Below are positions 1 to 12,337 of a stretch of DNA of 64,000 bases, piece by piece (the first letter of the stretch is position 1; every line of letters starts with the position of its first letter). The notes beneath the pieces were generated by a model, which searched no databases, had not been told where the DNA came from, and saw only the letters and a list, made by a program, of their open reading frames with translations. The DNA lies in the NCBI RefSeq assembly GCF_036971445.1, contig NC_091470.1:65534001-65598000 (forward strand), written 5' to 3'. The stretch is from Narcine bancroftii. Taxonomy: Eukaryota. The translations under genes were made by a program, and so were the position numbers.

Positions 1-1205
1 TGAACGTTGTGGCCATGAAAAACATGAGTTTGTATCAAACATCTTCACATGACCCAAAAGAAGTGGTGGCACTAGAGTGATACTGGATCTATCGGATCTT
101 AACAAATATCTTGTACGGGCATTTAAAAATGGAGAACATATATTCTGTGTTACCAATGTTATGTAAGGGCCTCGATAGATTTGCAAGACATATTATTCGG
201 TCACGATCTGCTCACAGTACAGGAAGTTCTTAAAATTTTCCTGGGAGTGCTATGACAGTATAAGGCTTTGCTGAATGGGCTGAGTTTGGCGCCCAGGGCA
301 TTTACCAAGTTACTGAAGCTGGTGTTTGCAAAGCTCAGGAAAGAGGGGCACATCGTAATGGGTTACCTAGATGATACTCTTATTGTGGGCAGATTGTTCA
401 AGGAAACAAAAAGGGCAGTAGCAGCCACCTCAAGATTATTAAGCCATGTGGGGTTTCTCGTACATCCCAACAAATCAGTGTCGGTGCCTACCAAGAGGTT
501 AAAATTCCTCGGCTTCATTATTGATACAGAAGACATGAGACTTACCCTGCCAGAGGATAAAGTGGCAGAGATCAGGACTGTCTGCAGAGGGCTCATGACA
601 GAGTGTTGTCCCCCCATAGGAAATGTAGCCAGGTTGATTGGGAAACTGCTTGCGGCTTTCCCAGTGGTACAACGTGGCCCGCTATATTATAGGTTCCTGA
701 AAAGGAACAAAATATCTGCTCTTAAGGCAGCCAGAGAACATTTTGACAGGCCCATGAGGCTAACTAGCGAGGCCAGATCCAACCTGGTATGGAAGATCGA
801 ACTCAGAAAAGTGGACCTGGAGATCAGGTCAGATGCCAGTGGTGAAGATTGGGGAGCCACGAATCTAAAGGTCTCAACTGTGGGCAAATGGACGGACATA
901 TAGCTCAGGGAGGCCTCTAAATCTAGCATTAATTATTTGGAAATGCTAGTGGGTTTCTAGCACTAAAGTCTTTCTGTGTGAGGGAAGCTGGCATTCATGT
1001 ACTGCTGAGGTTAGATAACATTTCAGCTGTGGCCTACCTCAATAATATGGGAGGTCTTAAATCTCCTTCCTGTAACAAGTTAGCAATTGAGACTTGGCGC
1101 TGGTGTATTCACAGGAGCATTTGGGTTACTGCCGCCTACCTGCTGGGTCAGATCAATGTACAGATGGACCCGATGTCAAGGAAATTTAATGATAGCTCTA
1201 AGTAG
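1..1205 (+). pseudogene. DIRS RT-RNase H, disrupted
   Basis: ORF pieces 268-903 (YLDD) and 978-1205 (LLRLDNISAVAYLNNMGG), interrupted by stops and frameshifts. Confidence 0.88.
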
Positions 1206-1249
1206 ATCAGGGTAAGAAATATTTTAAATGGCTAGCAGACACCTTTGGC

Positions 1250-1618
1250 ATGCTGAAGATTGTGTTTGCATCCAGGCTTAATGGCCAGGTTCCGAGTTTT
1301 GTGTCCTGGCTGCCGGATCTCCAAGTGGAGGCCATTGATGCCTTTACCCTAGACTGGTCAAAAGTTAACTTTTATGCATTTCCCCCACTCGCCTTGGTGG
1401 CGAAGTGCCTGAATAAGATACAGGGAGATGATGCCTCAGAATTTCTGGTAGTGCCTAATTGGCCTTCCCTATGTTGGTTCCCCATACTTCTTAGGCTTAT
1501 GGTGGGGTCTCCATTGATATTCATGAAAAGCAGAGATCTGCTAATCCAACCGATGTCAAAGATATCTCATCCATTGTCACACTTAGGTTGCAGGATCGGA
1601 GAGCGAGGATCGGCATAA
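1250..1618 (+). pseudogene. DIRS DNA adenine methyltransferase-like domain
   Basis: FASRLN..AIDAFTLDW..FYAFPP..LVVPNWPSLCWF, the MT-like domain known downstream of RNase H in DIRS1-like elements. Confidence 0.75.
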
Positions 1619-1619
1619 A

Positions 1620-2552
1620 CACTCTGCAGCCTAGAATTCTGGATATACTGAAGGCATCTTGGAGAAAGTCTACTCAGAGACAGTGTGCCTCCTATATGGG
1701 GAAATGGAAAAATTGCTGTGAACAAATCAGACTGAATTAACTTCTATCGGAGATGCACTGAGATTTCTAATCAATATGTTCTATGTGCAGGGGGCCGGCT
1801 ACAGCACAGTGAATACAGCAAAGAATGCACTGGCTGCTTTCTTGATGTTCAAGGATTCTGAGCATGAGATGATGAACTACCCCCTGGTCAAAAGATTTAT
1901 GAAAGGTCTGTTCCAATTGCATTCTCCGGTACCCCGATATAAGAATATATGGGACGTAAAACTGTTTTGGACTATTTAAGGCTACTGTCACCAACTTCCA
2001 GTTTGGATTTACATAGCCTGTCCCATAAGCTGATAATGCTGGTGGTCTTGACATCAGCTCAGAGGGTACAAACTTTGTCTCACATTCACATGGACTATAT
2101 TCATTGGGAGGAGGACTGTGTCAGATATTTTGAAACATAACAGGCAAGGAAGTATTTGGACAGAATTTTCATTGTATGCATCCAGGGAAGAGGAAAGATT
2201 ATGTGCGTTGGATTGTTTAAAAAGATACATTGTATGTACAAAACATATTAGACTAAATGAGAAATACCTTTTTATATGCTATAAGGAACTACATCAGTGA
2301 CCTACCCCCCAGTCATTGGCCATTTGGCTGCAGGAGGTCATGAGAGTGGCTGGATTGGATATTTCTCAGTTTGGGTCCCATTCAACTAGAGCAGCAGTGA
2401 CCTCGGCAGCCAATAGGGCCGAGGTCCCTATATGGGATATCCTTCACCAGGTGGGATGGAGCAATGAGAGAACCTTTAATAGGTTCTACTGTTAACCTTT
2501 AAACTCAAAGGGGCAGAGTTTCATGGCTTCCATCCTACACGTGGCAGATTGA
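1620..2552 (+). pseudogene. DIRS tyrosine recombinase, frameshifted
   Basis: YSTVNTAKNAL, PLVKRFMKG..P..PRY..WDV, LTSAQRVQTL (R), HSTR, GWS..TF.RFY. Split over ORFs 1776-1979, 1949-2140, 2118-2300 and downstream. Confidence 0.85.
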
Positions 2553-4025
2553 ATAAGGCCATGGGAAGGGGACTCATTGAACTGATTATGGTCTGTCGGA
2601 CCACCTGAAGGGGATAAGCCACTGAGCTACAAACTCTCACATTGGCAAACCAACTTACATTGCAAAGAATAATGAAGAGTTAAACGAGCACTTACCTGTG
2701 TGAAGTTTGATGATTATTATTCGAGCAATGAGAGTTGGTGAGTCAGCGTGCCCACCTCTCCCTCCCCTCTTTTCTCTTGTTTATGGATAAAGATGTTTTG
2801 GTTGCAATAAGCATGTTCAGTCACAGATTCGTGCTATGGCTGGTTCATTTAATTTAGTTAATTTAAGTTCAGTGGCTTCTCCGTTCTGTACTGCAAAAGA
2901 ATGGCTGCGCATGCAAGGATGGGATCTCACGTTGGCTCACCATCTCCCATTGTTCGAATAACAATCATCAAACTTTGCACAGGTAAGTGCTCGTTTAACC
3001 TTTCATTTTATGCCAGTTTATCTCAATAAAATGCAAATTCTTTATGACTCTTTATACAAAACAGAGTGGCCTTATTCTCACTTTCCTCGATACTGGAGCT
3101 CCTTGTATCTGTGTTGTACATAAAGTTAAAGGCCACTTCTTTTGACGTGCTTGTATTCATTTCTGATAGATGTTTTGCCTATTAGTTAATTGAATCAGAC
3201 ATTTCCTGTCACAATTCCCCTCCGCACCCCACCCCACCCCCGCCCCCCCACCTCCACGCAGATTTAATGTACCTGTTGGTGTTTCTTCCTGTGATGATTG
3301 TGTGAAACTTGATTTAAAAGCTTAATAATAAAAATTGGATCTCAAAAGTTTGCAATTCAGTCCCTTCTCCCAACAACTATTATTTTCCTGTCATCTCAAT
3401 TTCCCACTCTCTTGCTCATTCCCAGCACAGTTTCAATCTGGAATTTGTTTATAATTAACACACATTTAGAACACCAGAAACACCAGAGGTTTAATTTCTG
3501 AGCAACTGGTTATTTCTGACCAAGTCTCTCCAAAGCATTAAGTTTATGATACAACCATTTTACAAAGAAGAGCATCACAAATCATATATGTATGTAATTA
3601 TTCTCATATATTTTTAAAACTCATTTAATAATGTAATCAGATTTATTTCCTCCTAACAAACAGATGGTGGAGGACAAACCACAGATGTGAATAGATGCTT
3701 TGTGAATATTTATGTTTGTAACTAGATTCACAACACCACCTGGAAAAATTTTGAAATTAAGACAAAAATTCAGACAACATTCAGCTGGTCAGCCAGTATT
3801 CAGAATGGAAAAGACAGTGTAGTTAATGTGAACCACCACAAATTTTGACCCAAAACGTTAATCCTCTATTCAGCCATGCCTTAATTACTGTAACCTTTGG
3901 CTTTACTGCAGCACTTTTACCTTTGAGTTGGAATGATGCCAGTTCAAGTCTACTTCCAAAGCAAATGGGATTCTGTTCCAGTAAGTCGAAAAAAATCATA
4001 ACTCGATAAAGAATACCACACTTAC

Positions 4026-4183
4026 ATTTTTTATAATTAAATGTTGAATATAACAGGTTGAATATTGGCTACAGCGACTGCAAGCGTGGTTGCATCAGCA
4101 TCAAGAGAGAGTATGCCACCATTGCCCAGAATCATGTGAGAGTAGCATGCCACCTATCGCGAGCACAGGGACACATTGGAACC
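4026..4183 (-). pseudogene. Exon relic of the CPLANE1-like pseudogene
   Basis: Acceptor cttttgatttAG, donor GTaagt. Phase-0 reading GSNVSLCSR*VACYSHMILGNGGILSLDADATTLAVAVANIQP, phase-compatible with the 6945-7101 exon. Confidence 0.4.
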
Positions 4184-4653
4184 CTAAATCAAAAGTATGG
4201 ATTTTAACCAACGTAACTTTGAAAATTCATAAGTCAGACCATCGTAAATTGGGGACTATCTGTGTCTCGTTTGACAATCACGCTGGATGTTCAGAGGTGA
4301 CATTTATTGAATAAGGCATGAAACTGAGTAAATGGTGGTGCCATCTAGTTTATGTAAATTTCACCATTGTGCTGTTTTGAGAAAGAATGGAGCTATCCCT
4401 GTTGCCTCCACCACTTTTTCCCTTTAATCAACATTACTCTAACAGGTTAACTAACTGTTTTAAACCTAGCAAAAGTGAGACCTTGTTTGGCTATCATGTT
4501 TCCTACATTGCTACGGAAACTGCTCTTTAAAAGTATTTCATTGCTGTAAAATGCTTTGAGATACCCCAAAAAAGCATACAAAATGCAAGTCATCTATTTT
4601 GTTACATCATTTTGACATAGCAGCCATTTCCTGTATTTCTATTTTAATTTCAT

Positions 4654-6778
4654 CAAAACCGCATGCAGCCATCTTCAGCGCAAACTCCGGGAGATCCAAA
4701 ATGAGTGGTGGACTAGCCTCGCCAAACGAACACAGCTCAGCGCGGACATTGGCGACTTCAGGGGTTTCTATGAGGCTCTAAAGTCTGTGTACGGCCCCTC
4801 ACCCCAAGTCCAAAGCCCGCTGCGCAGCTCAGACGGCAAAGTCCTCCTCAGCGACAAGATCTCCATCCTCAACCGATGGTCAGAACACTTCCAATCTCTT
4901 TTCAGTGCCAACCGCTCAGTCCAAGATTCCGCCCTGCTCCAGCTCCCTCAACAGCCCCTAAGGCTAGAGCTGGATGAGGTTCCCACCCTGGATGAGACAT
5001 ATAAGGCAATCGAACAACTGAAAAGTGGCAAAGCAGCAGGTATGGATGGAATCCCCCCAGAAGTCTGGAAGGCTGGTGGCAAAACTCTGCATGCCAAACT
5101 GCATGAGTTTTTCAAGCTTTGTTGGGACCAAGGTAAACTGCCTCAGGATCTTCGTGATGCCACCATCATCACCCTGTACAAAAACAAAGGCGAGAAATCA
5201 GACTGCTCAAACTACAGGGGAATCACGTTGCTCTCCATTGCAGGCAAAATCTTCGCTAGGATTCTACTAAATAGAATAATACCTAGTGTCGCCGAGAATA
5301 TTCTCCCAGAATCACAGTACGGCTTTCGCGCAAGCAGAGGAACCACTGACATGGTCTTTGCCCTCAGACAGCTCCAAGAAAAGTGCAGAGAACAAAACAA
5401 AGGACTCTACATCACCTTTGTTGACCTCACCAAAGCCTTCGACACCGTGAGCAGGAAAGGGCTTTGGCAAATACTAGAGTGCATCGGATGTCCCCCAAAG
5501 TTCCTCAACATGATTATCCAACTGCACGAAAACCAACAAGGTCGGGTCAGATACAGCAATGAGCTCTCTGAACCCTTCTCCATTAACAATGGCGTGAAGC
5601 AAGGCTGTGTTCTCGCACCAACCCTCTTTTCAATCTTCTTCAGCATGATGCTGAACCAAGCCATGAAAGACCCCAACAATGAAGACGCTGTTTACATCCG
5701 GTACCGCACGGATGGCAGTCTCTTCAATCTGAGGCGCCTGCAAGCTCACACCAAGACACAAGAGAAACTTGTCCGTGAACTACTCTTTGCAGATGATGCC
5801 GCTTTAGTTGCCCATTCAGAGCCAGCTCTTCAGCACTTGACGTCCTGCTTTGCGGAAACTGCCAAAATGTTTGGCCTGGAAGTCAGCCTGAAGAAAACTG
5901 AGGTCCTCCATCAGCCAGCTCCCCACCATGACTACCAGCCCCCCCACATCTCCATCGGGCACACAAAACTCAAAACGGTCAACCAGTTTACCTATCTCGG
6001 CTGCACCATTTCATCAGATGCAAGGATCGACAATGAGATAGACAACAGACTCGCCAAGGCAAATAGCGCCTTTGGAAGACTACACAAAAGAGTCTGGAAA
6101 AACAACCAACTGAAAAACCTCACAAAGATAAGCGTATACAGAGCCGTTGTCATACCCACACTCCTGTTCGGCTCCGAATCATGGGTCCTCTACCGGCACC
6201 ACCTACGGCTCCTAGAACGCTTCCACCAGCGTTGTCTCCGCTCCATCCTCAACATCCATTGGAGCGCTTACACCCCTAACGTCGAAGTACTCGAGATGGC
6301 AGAGGTCGACAGCATCGAGTCCACGCTGCTGAAGATCCAGCTGCGCTGGATGGGTCACGTCTCCAGAATGGAGGACCATCGCCTTCCCAAGATCGTGTTA
6401 TATGGCGAGCTCTCCACTGGCCACCGTGACAGAGGTGCACCAAAGAAAAGGTACAAGGACTGCCTAAAGAAATCTCTTGGTGCCTGCCACATTGACCACC
6501 GCCAGTGGGCTGATAACGCCTCAAACCGTGCATCTTGGCGCCTCACAGTTTGGCGGGCAGCAACCTCCTTTGAAGAAGACCGCAGAGCCCACCTCACTGA
6601 CAAAAGGCAAAGGAGGAAAAACCCAACACCCAACCCCAACCAACCAATTTTCCCTTGCAACCGCTGCAATCGTGTCTGCCTGTCCCGCATCGGACTTGTC
6701 AGCCACAAACGAGCCTGCAGCTGACGTGGACTTTTTACCCCCTCCATAAATCTTCGTCCGCGAAGCCAAGCCAAAGAG
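4654..6778 (+). mobile_element. RTE-clade (BovB-like) LINE, 5'-truncated, young
   Basis: Near-identical to 38496-41877. 3' end GCCAAGCCAAAGAG. Perfect 13-bp TSD ATTTTAATTTCAT at 4641-4653 and 6779-6791. Confidence 0.97.
4787..6724 (+). CDS. RTE reverse transcriptase (truncated ORF) with C-terminal C2H2-like motif
   Basis: NYRGITLL, FVDLTKAFD, GVKQGCVL, LFADD, YLG, C..C...SH..AC. Confidence 0.9.
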   Translation: MYGPSPQVQSPLRSSDGKVLLSDKISILNRWSEHFQSLFSANRSVQDSALLQLPQQPLRLELDEVPTLDETYKAIEQLKSGKAAGMDGIPPEVWKAGGKTLHAKLHEFFKLCWDQGKLPQDLRDATIITLYKNKGEKSDCSNYRGITLLSIAGKIFARILLNRIIPSVAENILPESQYGFRASRGTTDMVFALRQLQEKCREQNKGLYITFVDLTKAFDTVSRKGLWQILECIGCPPKFLNMIIQLHENQQGRVRYSNELSEPFSINNGVKQGCVLAPTLFSIFFSMMLNQAMKDPNNEDAVYIRYRTDGSLFNLRRLQAHTKTQEKLVRELLFADDAALVAHSEPALQHLTSCFAETAKMFGLEVSLKKTEVLHQPAPHHDYQPPHISIGHTKLKTVNQFTYLGCTISSDARIDNEIDNRLAKANSAFGRLHKRVWKNNQLKNLTKISVYRAVVIPTLLFGSESWVLYRHHLRLLERFHQRCLRSILNIHWSAYTPNVEVLEMAEVDSIESTLLKIQLRWMGHVSRMEDHRLPKIVLYGELSTGHRDRGAPKKRYKDCLKKSLGACHIDHRQWADNASNRASWRLTVWRAATSFEEDRRAHLTDKRQRRKNPTPNPNQPIFPCNRCNRVCLSRIGLVSHKRACS

Positions 6779-6944
6779 ATTTTAATTTCATTATTTTATT
6801 ATCAATTCTCAAGATCAGCCTGACTAGCTATTTTTCTGTTTGGAATTATGATATGGCTTTGTAAATTTGTTGGCAAATTTCTTAAATAGCATTTACAGTA
6901 AAGGATTGCAATTTCAAGCAATGTGTTTGTCTTTGTTTCATTAC

Positions 6945-7101
6945 CTGTAGAATGCCATGCATTTCCCCATTCCGTCTACCAAGGTCATGCCGCACATCAG
7001 CAGCTCTCTTTGCAGCTGGACTAGTTTTGCAAGCTGCTGATCCAGAACCCCTAGAGGGGTTTACAAAGCTTGTAAACGATTCAGTCAGCAGGTTGCTTGA
7101 G
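6945..7101 (-). pseudogene. Exon relic (157 bp, still open), probably part of the CPLANE1-like locus
   Basis: Strong acceptor tttttttttAG and donor CAG|GTaatg. Reads SSNLLTESFTSFVNPSRG...DLGRRNGEMHGILQ. Confidence 0.5.
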
Positions 7102-7727
7102 CTAAAAAAAAAGCAAATGACATTCACCATCTGAAAACTGACATCAGTTATATAGAGATATACTGCATATTAACCCTTTACAAATTGGTGCAATTTTAAC
7201 TTGTTAACAAAAGTTACAATGGTGGAAGAAATTTAAAACCATGCAACAGCAATTAGTGAATAACTAATAAACATTATCAAAACAAGAAACATTTTTATTT
7301 GTAGGCTGATTCCATCCTTTCTCCCCTGTCCAGTCCCTTCTCGCTTGTATGTGTGAAACCCTGTCATTGTTCACTGCGTCAACAGTTTCCAGTTCCTTGC
7401 TGCCAGATGGGATGTAAAATCCCTTCACACTTTCATCCCACATCAGGAGGTCTGATGGCTCTTTGTTTCTTCTTTGAACAGAGGACCAACTAGCTTCACA
7501 CTCACCATCTTTACTCTCATTCACTTGGATGAATTTGTTCTGATGTTCAACATTTTCTTCAACTCTACTCATTTTCTTCAGAACAAAGGTATAGCTGTGG
7601 GATCCCTGTTTTAGTTCCAGTCTTCTTTGGCCCCAGTCCCTCATCTCCTTTTTCCATTATATCAATGCAGCACCGACTTCTTCTGACAAACTGGGTGGTT
7701 CTGGTACATTTCAATTGGACAAATCTA

Positions 7728-7850
7728 GGGATATAAAGAGCTTAGAAGGAAATGGACCAAAGCAAGTGAAAGGGACTAGCCCCAAAACCAATGTGGATGG
7801 CATGGACAAGTTCGGCCAAATAGTCTGTTCTGTGTTCTATGAACTTATGA
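7728..7850 (+). mobile_element. CR1 LINE 3' end fragment
   Basis: ggcatggacaagttcggccaaatagtctgttctgtgttctatgaacttatga tail. Confidence 0.55.
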
Positions 7851-8076
7851 CAATAATTTCTGAACAGTACATTGTTTGGCAACCCTCCACAATGCTCAAA
7901 CTTTCTCCTTGATTGAGATTGGTGGGAGGTAAAGCCAAAAAGAATGCATGGAAACAAAGCATAAATCAGGAAAGAGAATTTAATTTGAACCACCACTGAA
8001 AGAACGAACAGAGTAACGAAAATCAAAAGCCACCCAGAGTAGCAGTCAAAAACATGCTTCTTTCACATTAACTAGT

Positions 8077-8228
8077 TATAGAGTCATGGAATTATATAGT
8101 GCTAAAACATGCCCTTTAGCCAACTTGTCCATGCCAACCAAAGTGCTTCCCTGTGCTGGTTTCCATTTGCCTCCATATGGCCCAGATTCCCCCAAAGCAT
8201 TCCTATCCATGAACCTGTCCAAATATCC
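8077..8228 (-). mobile_element. CR1 LINE 3' end fragment
   Basis: Reverse-complement CR1 tail (atagagtcatggaatt..gccctttagccaacttgtccatgcc). Confidence 0.55.
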
Positions 8229-9162
8229 AATTTATTTCTCAAGTTAAAAATAGATAGGTAGCCTTTACCTATCTCTAGAAACAGACTTTCTGTACTGCCA
8301 TACTTTTGCAGATTAATTAAGAGAATTCAGATATTTGTTCACTTTGATGCAACCTTTGCATTACACAGTAGTTATGTTGCTAGAAAATGAACTGTTCAGC
8401 AATTTTTTGTAACAAAGATGTGTCATCTGCACAGGGAAACTCGTAGAGAACCAATATCAAGGAGGTTTGCTAATGCTCTGGGGGGGGGGGCGGGAAGAAT
8501 TTAAAATAGTTTTGCGGGGGGTGAGAACCAAAGTGAAGAAGGAGAGGAAGAGATGGTTGACACGCAAATAGGGACAGCTGGTAGGAAGTTTAGGTGAAAG
8601 GACAGATAGATAGGGTAAAATTGCAGCCATATGGATGACTGGCAATGCAAAAGGGACACAAAGTTAAATGTAACAAATAAAAGGCTAAAGGTTTTGTATT
8701 TAATACACATAGCATAAGAAATAAAGTGGATGATCTTGTAGAACAGATACATATTGGCAGGTATGATGTTCTGACTATCAGAGTCTTAGCTAAAGGATGG
8801 TTGCCATTGGGAGCTCTATGTCCAAGGATTCACAGTATATCGAAAGGATAGGCAGGTAAGCAGAGAGGGTGGCATGGCTCTGTTGGTAAGGAACAGCATT
8901 AAATCATGAGAAAGAGGTGACATACAATCAGAAGATATAAAACATTGTGGGTTGAGTAAAAATGGCAAGGGTAAAAAGACACTGTTGGCTGTTATAGACA
9001 GTAGCTGCGATATGACAACAAAGTGCAACAGCAGATAGAAAAGGTGTGTCAAAAGGGCAATGTCATAATAGTCATGGTTTATTTTAACATGCAAGTAGAT
9101 TGGGAAACCAGGTTGAGACTGGATCTCAAGAAGGAGATTTTGTAGAAAGCCTACAAGATGCA

Positions 9163-9792
9163 AATCCATACATGGATGCCACAGAGGTTGATAGGATAGT
9201 TAAGAAAGCCTATGGGATGTTTGCATTCATTAATGGGGGATTGAATTCAGGAGTAGAGAAGTCATTTTACAACTCTACAAATCTTTGGTAAGACCACACT
9301 TAGAGTATTGTGTTTTCAGTTCTGGTCACCTTATTATAGGAAGGACGTGGAAGCTATGGAGAGGGTTCAGAGGAGATTTACCAGGATGTTGCTGGACTGG
9401 GAAAAAGTCTTGTGAGGCAAGGTTAGCAAAGCTGGGACTTTTCACTTTGGAGTGTAGAAGGATGAGAGTAGTCTTGATAGATGTCTATAAAATTATGAGA
9501 TGCAGAGATAGGATGGACAGCCAACACCTGTTTCCTATGGCAGGATCAGCAAACACCAGAGGACATATGAACAAAGTTAAGAGAGGGAAGTTTAGGGGAG
9601 ACATTAGGAGTAAGCTTTTTACACAGAGAGTTCTGGGTGCCTGGAATGCCTTGGCAAGGATAGTGGTGGAAGCTGAAATAATGGGGGCATTTAAGAGACT
9701 CTTAGACACATTGATGACAGAAAAATAGAGGATTATAGGGTAGGAGGGGTTTAGTTTTTTTTAAAGGAAGGAATATACAGATCGACACAACA
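9163..9792 (+). mobile_element. CR1 3' fragment nested in the older CR1
   Basis: LVRPHLEYCV..RGH..FTQRV..WNAL followed by a 3'UTR. Host ORF2 resumes at ~9793. Confidence 0.8.
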
Positions 9793-11446
9793 GAGGATCG
9801 AATAGCCAAAGAAGTTTGGAAGGAGGCACCAGTAGGGAAGATGGAAAAGCAGCAATGGATGAAGTTTCTGCAAAAAATAAGGAAGGTGCAGAATAAATGC
9901 ATACTAAAAAGGATGAAGTATACGAATGGAAAAATGTCACAACTGTGGCTAACTAGGGAAGTCAGAGCCAATGGGAAAGAAAAAAAAAGAGAGGGCATAC
10001 AAGTAAGCAATATTTAGTGGGAGGATGGAGTATTGGGAAGTTTTAAAAAATTTACAGAAGGTAACTGCAAAACTCATAGGGAGAGAAAAGATGAATATGA
10101 AGTAGGCTAGCAAATAATATCAAAGAGGATACAAAAACCTTCTTCAAGTATATAAAAAATAAAAGAGAGGTGAGAGTAGATATAGGACCATTAGAAAATG
10201 ATGCCAGAGAAATAATAATGAGAGACAAGGAGATGGCGGAGGAACTAAATTAGTATTTTCTATCAGTCTTCACTGTGGAAGACACCAGCAATGTAACAGA
10301 TGTCAGGGAAGGGAAGTGAGTCCAGTTACTATTTCAAGGGAGAAGGTGCTCTGAAAACTGAATGGTCCAAGGGTGGACAAGTCTCCCGGACCAGATGGAT
10401 TGTACCCTCAGGTCCTGAAAGAGGTAGTGGTAGAGATTGTGGAGATTTTGGTGATGATCTTTCAGGAATCAATTGATTTTGGCATGGTCCCATAGGACCA
10501 TGCAAATGTCACCCCACTATTCAAGAAGGAAGTGAGGCAGTAGAAAGGATATTATAGGCCAGTTAGCCTGATGTTAGTGGTTGGGAAGATGTTGACATTA
10601 AATGGAAAGGATGAAGTTACAGAGTACTTGGAGGCACATTACAATATAGGGCAAAGCCAACATGGTTTCTTTTGGGGAGATCTTGCTCAAAAAACCTTAT
10701 GGAATTCTTTGAAGAAGTGACAAGCAAGATGGATAGGGAGATGCAGTGGATGTTGTGTACTGTATTTGGAATTTTAGAAGGCATTTGACAAGGTGTCACC
10801 CATGAGGCCACTTAACAAGATAAGAGCCCATGGTATATCAGGAAACATTCTAGCATGGGTAGCACATTAGCTGATTGGCAAGAAGCAAAGAGTTGGAATA
10901 GAAGGATCATATTCTGATTGGCTGCCACTTGCTAGTGGTGTTCCACAGGGGTCAGTGTTGGGGACACTTCTTTTTAGGTTGTATATCAATGATTTGGATT
11001 ATGGAATGAATGGCTTCGTAGCCAAGTGTGCAGATGATTATGAAGGTAGGTGGAAGAGGAGGTAGTGGAGAGGAAACATAGAGGCTGCAGAAGGACTTAG
11101 ATCAGGAGAATGGGCAGAGAAGTGGCAAATGAAATACAATGTTGCAGAATGTACAAACATGCATTTTGGTATGAAAATAAACGGGCAGACTATTTTTTAA
11201 ATGGGGAGAAAAATGAAAATACCCAGATGCAAAGAGACTTGGAAATCTGGTGATATCTCATTTGGAGAATTGTGAGCAGTTTTGGGTTCCTCATCAGAAA
11301 AGATGAACTGATGCTGGAGCAAGTTCAAAGGAGGTTCACTACCAATGATTCAGAGAATGAAAGGATTATCATATGTGGAATGTTCAACAGCTCTTGGCCA
11401 GTATTCATTTGAATTTAGGAGGTTGAGGGTGATCTCATTGAAACAT

Positions 11447-12337
11447 ATAACCATATAACCACTTACAGCACAGAACAGGCCAGTTCGGCCCTACTAGTCC
11501 ATGCCGTAACAAATCCCCACCTTCCTAGTCCCACTGACCAACACCCGGTCCATATCCCTCCAGTCCTCTCCTATCCATGTAACTATCCAGTCTTTCCTTA
11601 AATGTAACCAATGATCCCGCCTCGACCACGTCTGTCGGAAGCTCATTCCACATCCCTACCACCCTTTGCGTAAAGAAATTTCCCCTCATGTTCCCCTTAT
11701 AATTTTCCCCCTTCAATCTTAAACCATGCCCTCTAGTTTAAATCTCCCCCACTCTTAATTGAAAAAGCCTATCCACGTTTACTCTGTCTGTCCCTTTTAA
11801 AATCTTAAACACCTCTATCAAGTCCCCTCTCAATCTTCTACGCTCCAGAGAAAAAAGCCCCAGTTTGCACAACCTTTCCCTGTAACTCAAACCTTGAAAT
11901 CCTGTCAACATTCTCGTGAACCTTCTCTGCACTCTCTCTATTTTGTTTATATCTTTCCTATAATTTGGTGACCAAAACTGTACACAGTACTCCAAATTTG
12001 GCCTCACCAATGCCTTGTACAATTTCATCATAACCTCCCTACTCTTGAATTCAATACTCCGATTTATGAAGGCCAACATTCCAAATGCCTTCTTCACCAC
12101 ACCATCTACCTGAGTATCAGCCTTGAGGGTACTATTTACCACAACTCCTAAATCTCTTTGTTGCTCTGCACATCTCAATAGCCTACCATTTAATGCATAT
12201 GACCTATTTAGATTTGCCTTTCCAAAATGTAACACCTCACACTTATTAGTATTAAATTCCATCAGCCATTTCTCAGCCCACACCTCCAGCCTTCCTAAAT
12301 CACCTTTTAATCTACAGTAATCTTCCTCATTGTCCAC
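11447..12337 (-). mobile_element. Younger CR1 3' fragment nested antisense in the older CR1
   Basis: ORF 11738-12394 (LVRPNLEYCVQFWSP), (ATAACCAT)n tail. AACAT is duplicated at 11442-11446 and 12338-12342, and the host reads through when the insert is removed. Confidence 0.92.

Larger units (their letters stand above)
1..3007 (+). mobile_element. DIRS1-like tyrosine-recombinase retrotransposon, decayed; 5' part lies outside the window
   Basis: Domains in order RT (GLSLAPRAFTK, YLDD, FLGF), RNase H (SDAS, LDNISAVAYLN), methyltransferase-like (IDAFTLDW..FYAFPP), YR (SAQRVQTL, HSTR at 2379, GWSNERTFNRFY). Ends in an ~80 bp inverted repeat pair, 2671-2750 / 2928-3007. Confidence 0.93.

Noticed and set aside
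3082-3972. Two further small minus-strand exon candidates (3921-3972, 3082-3162)
   Set aside because: Phase-compatible with each other, but acceptors are weak and I recognise no motif; not supportable.
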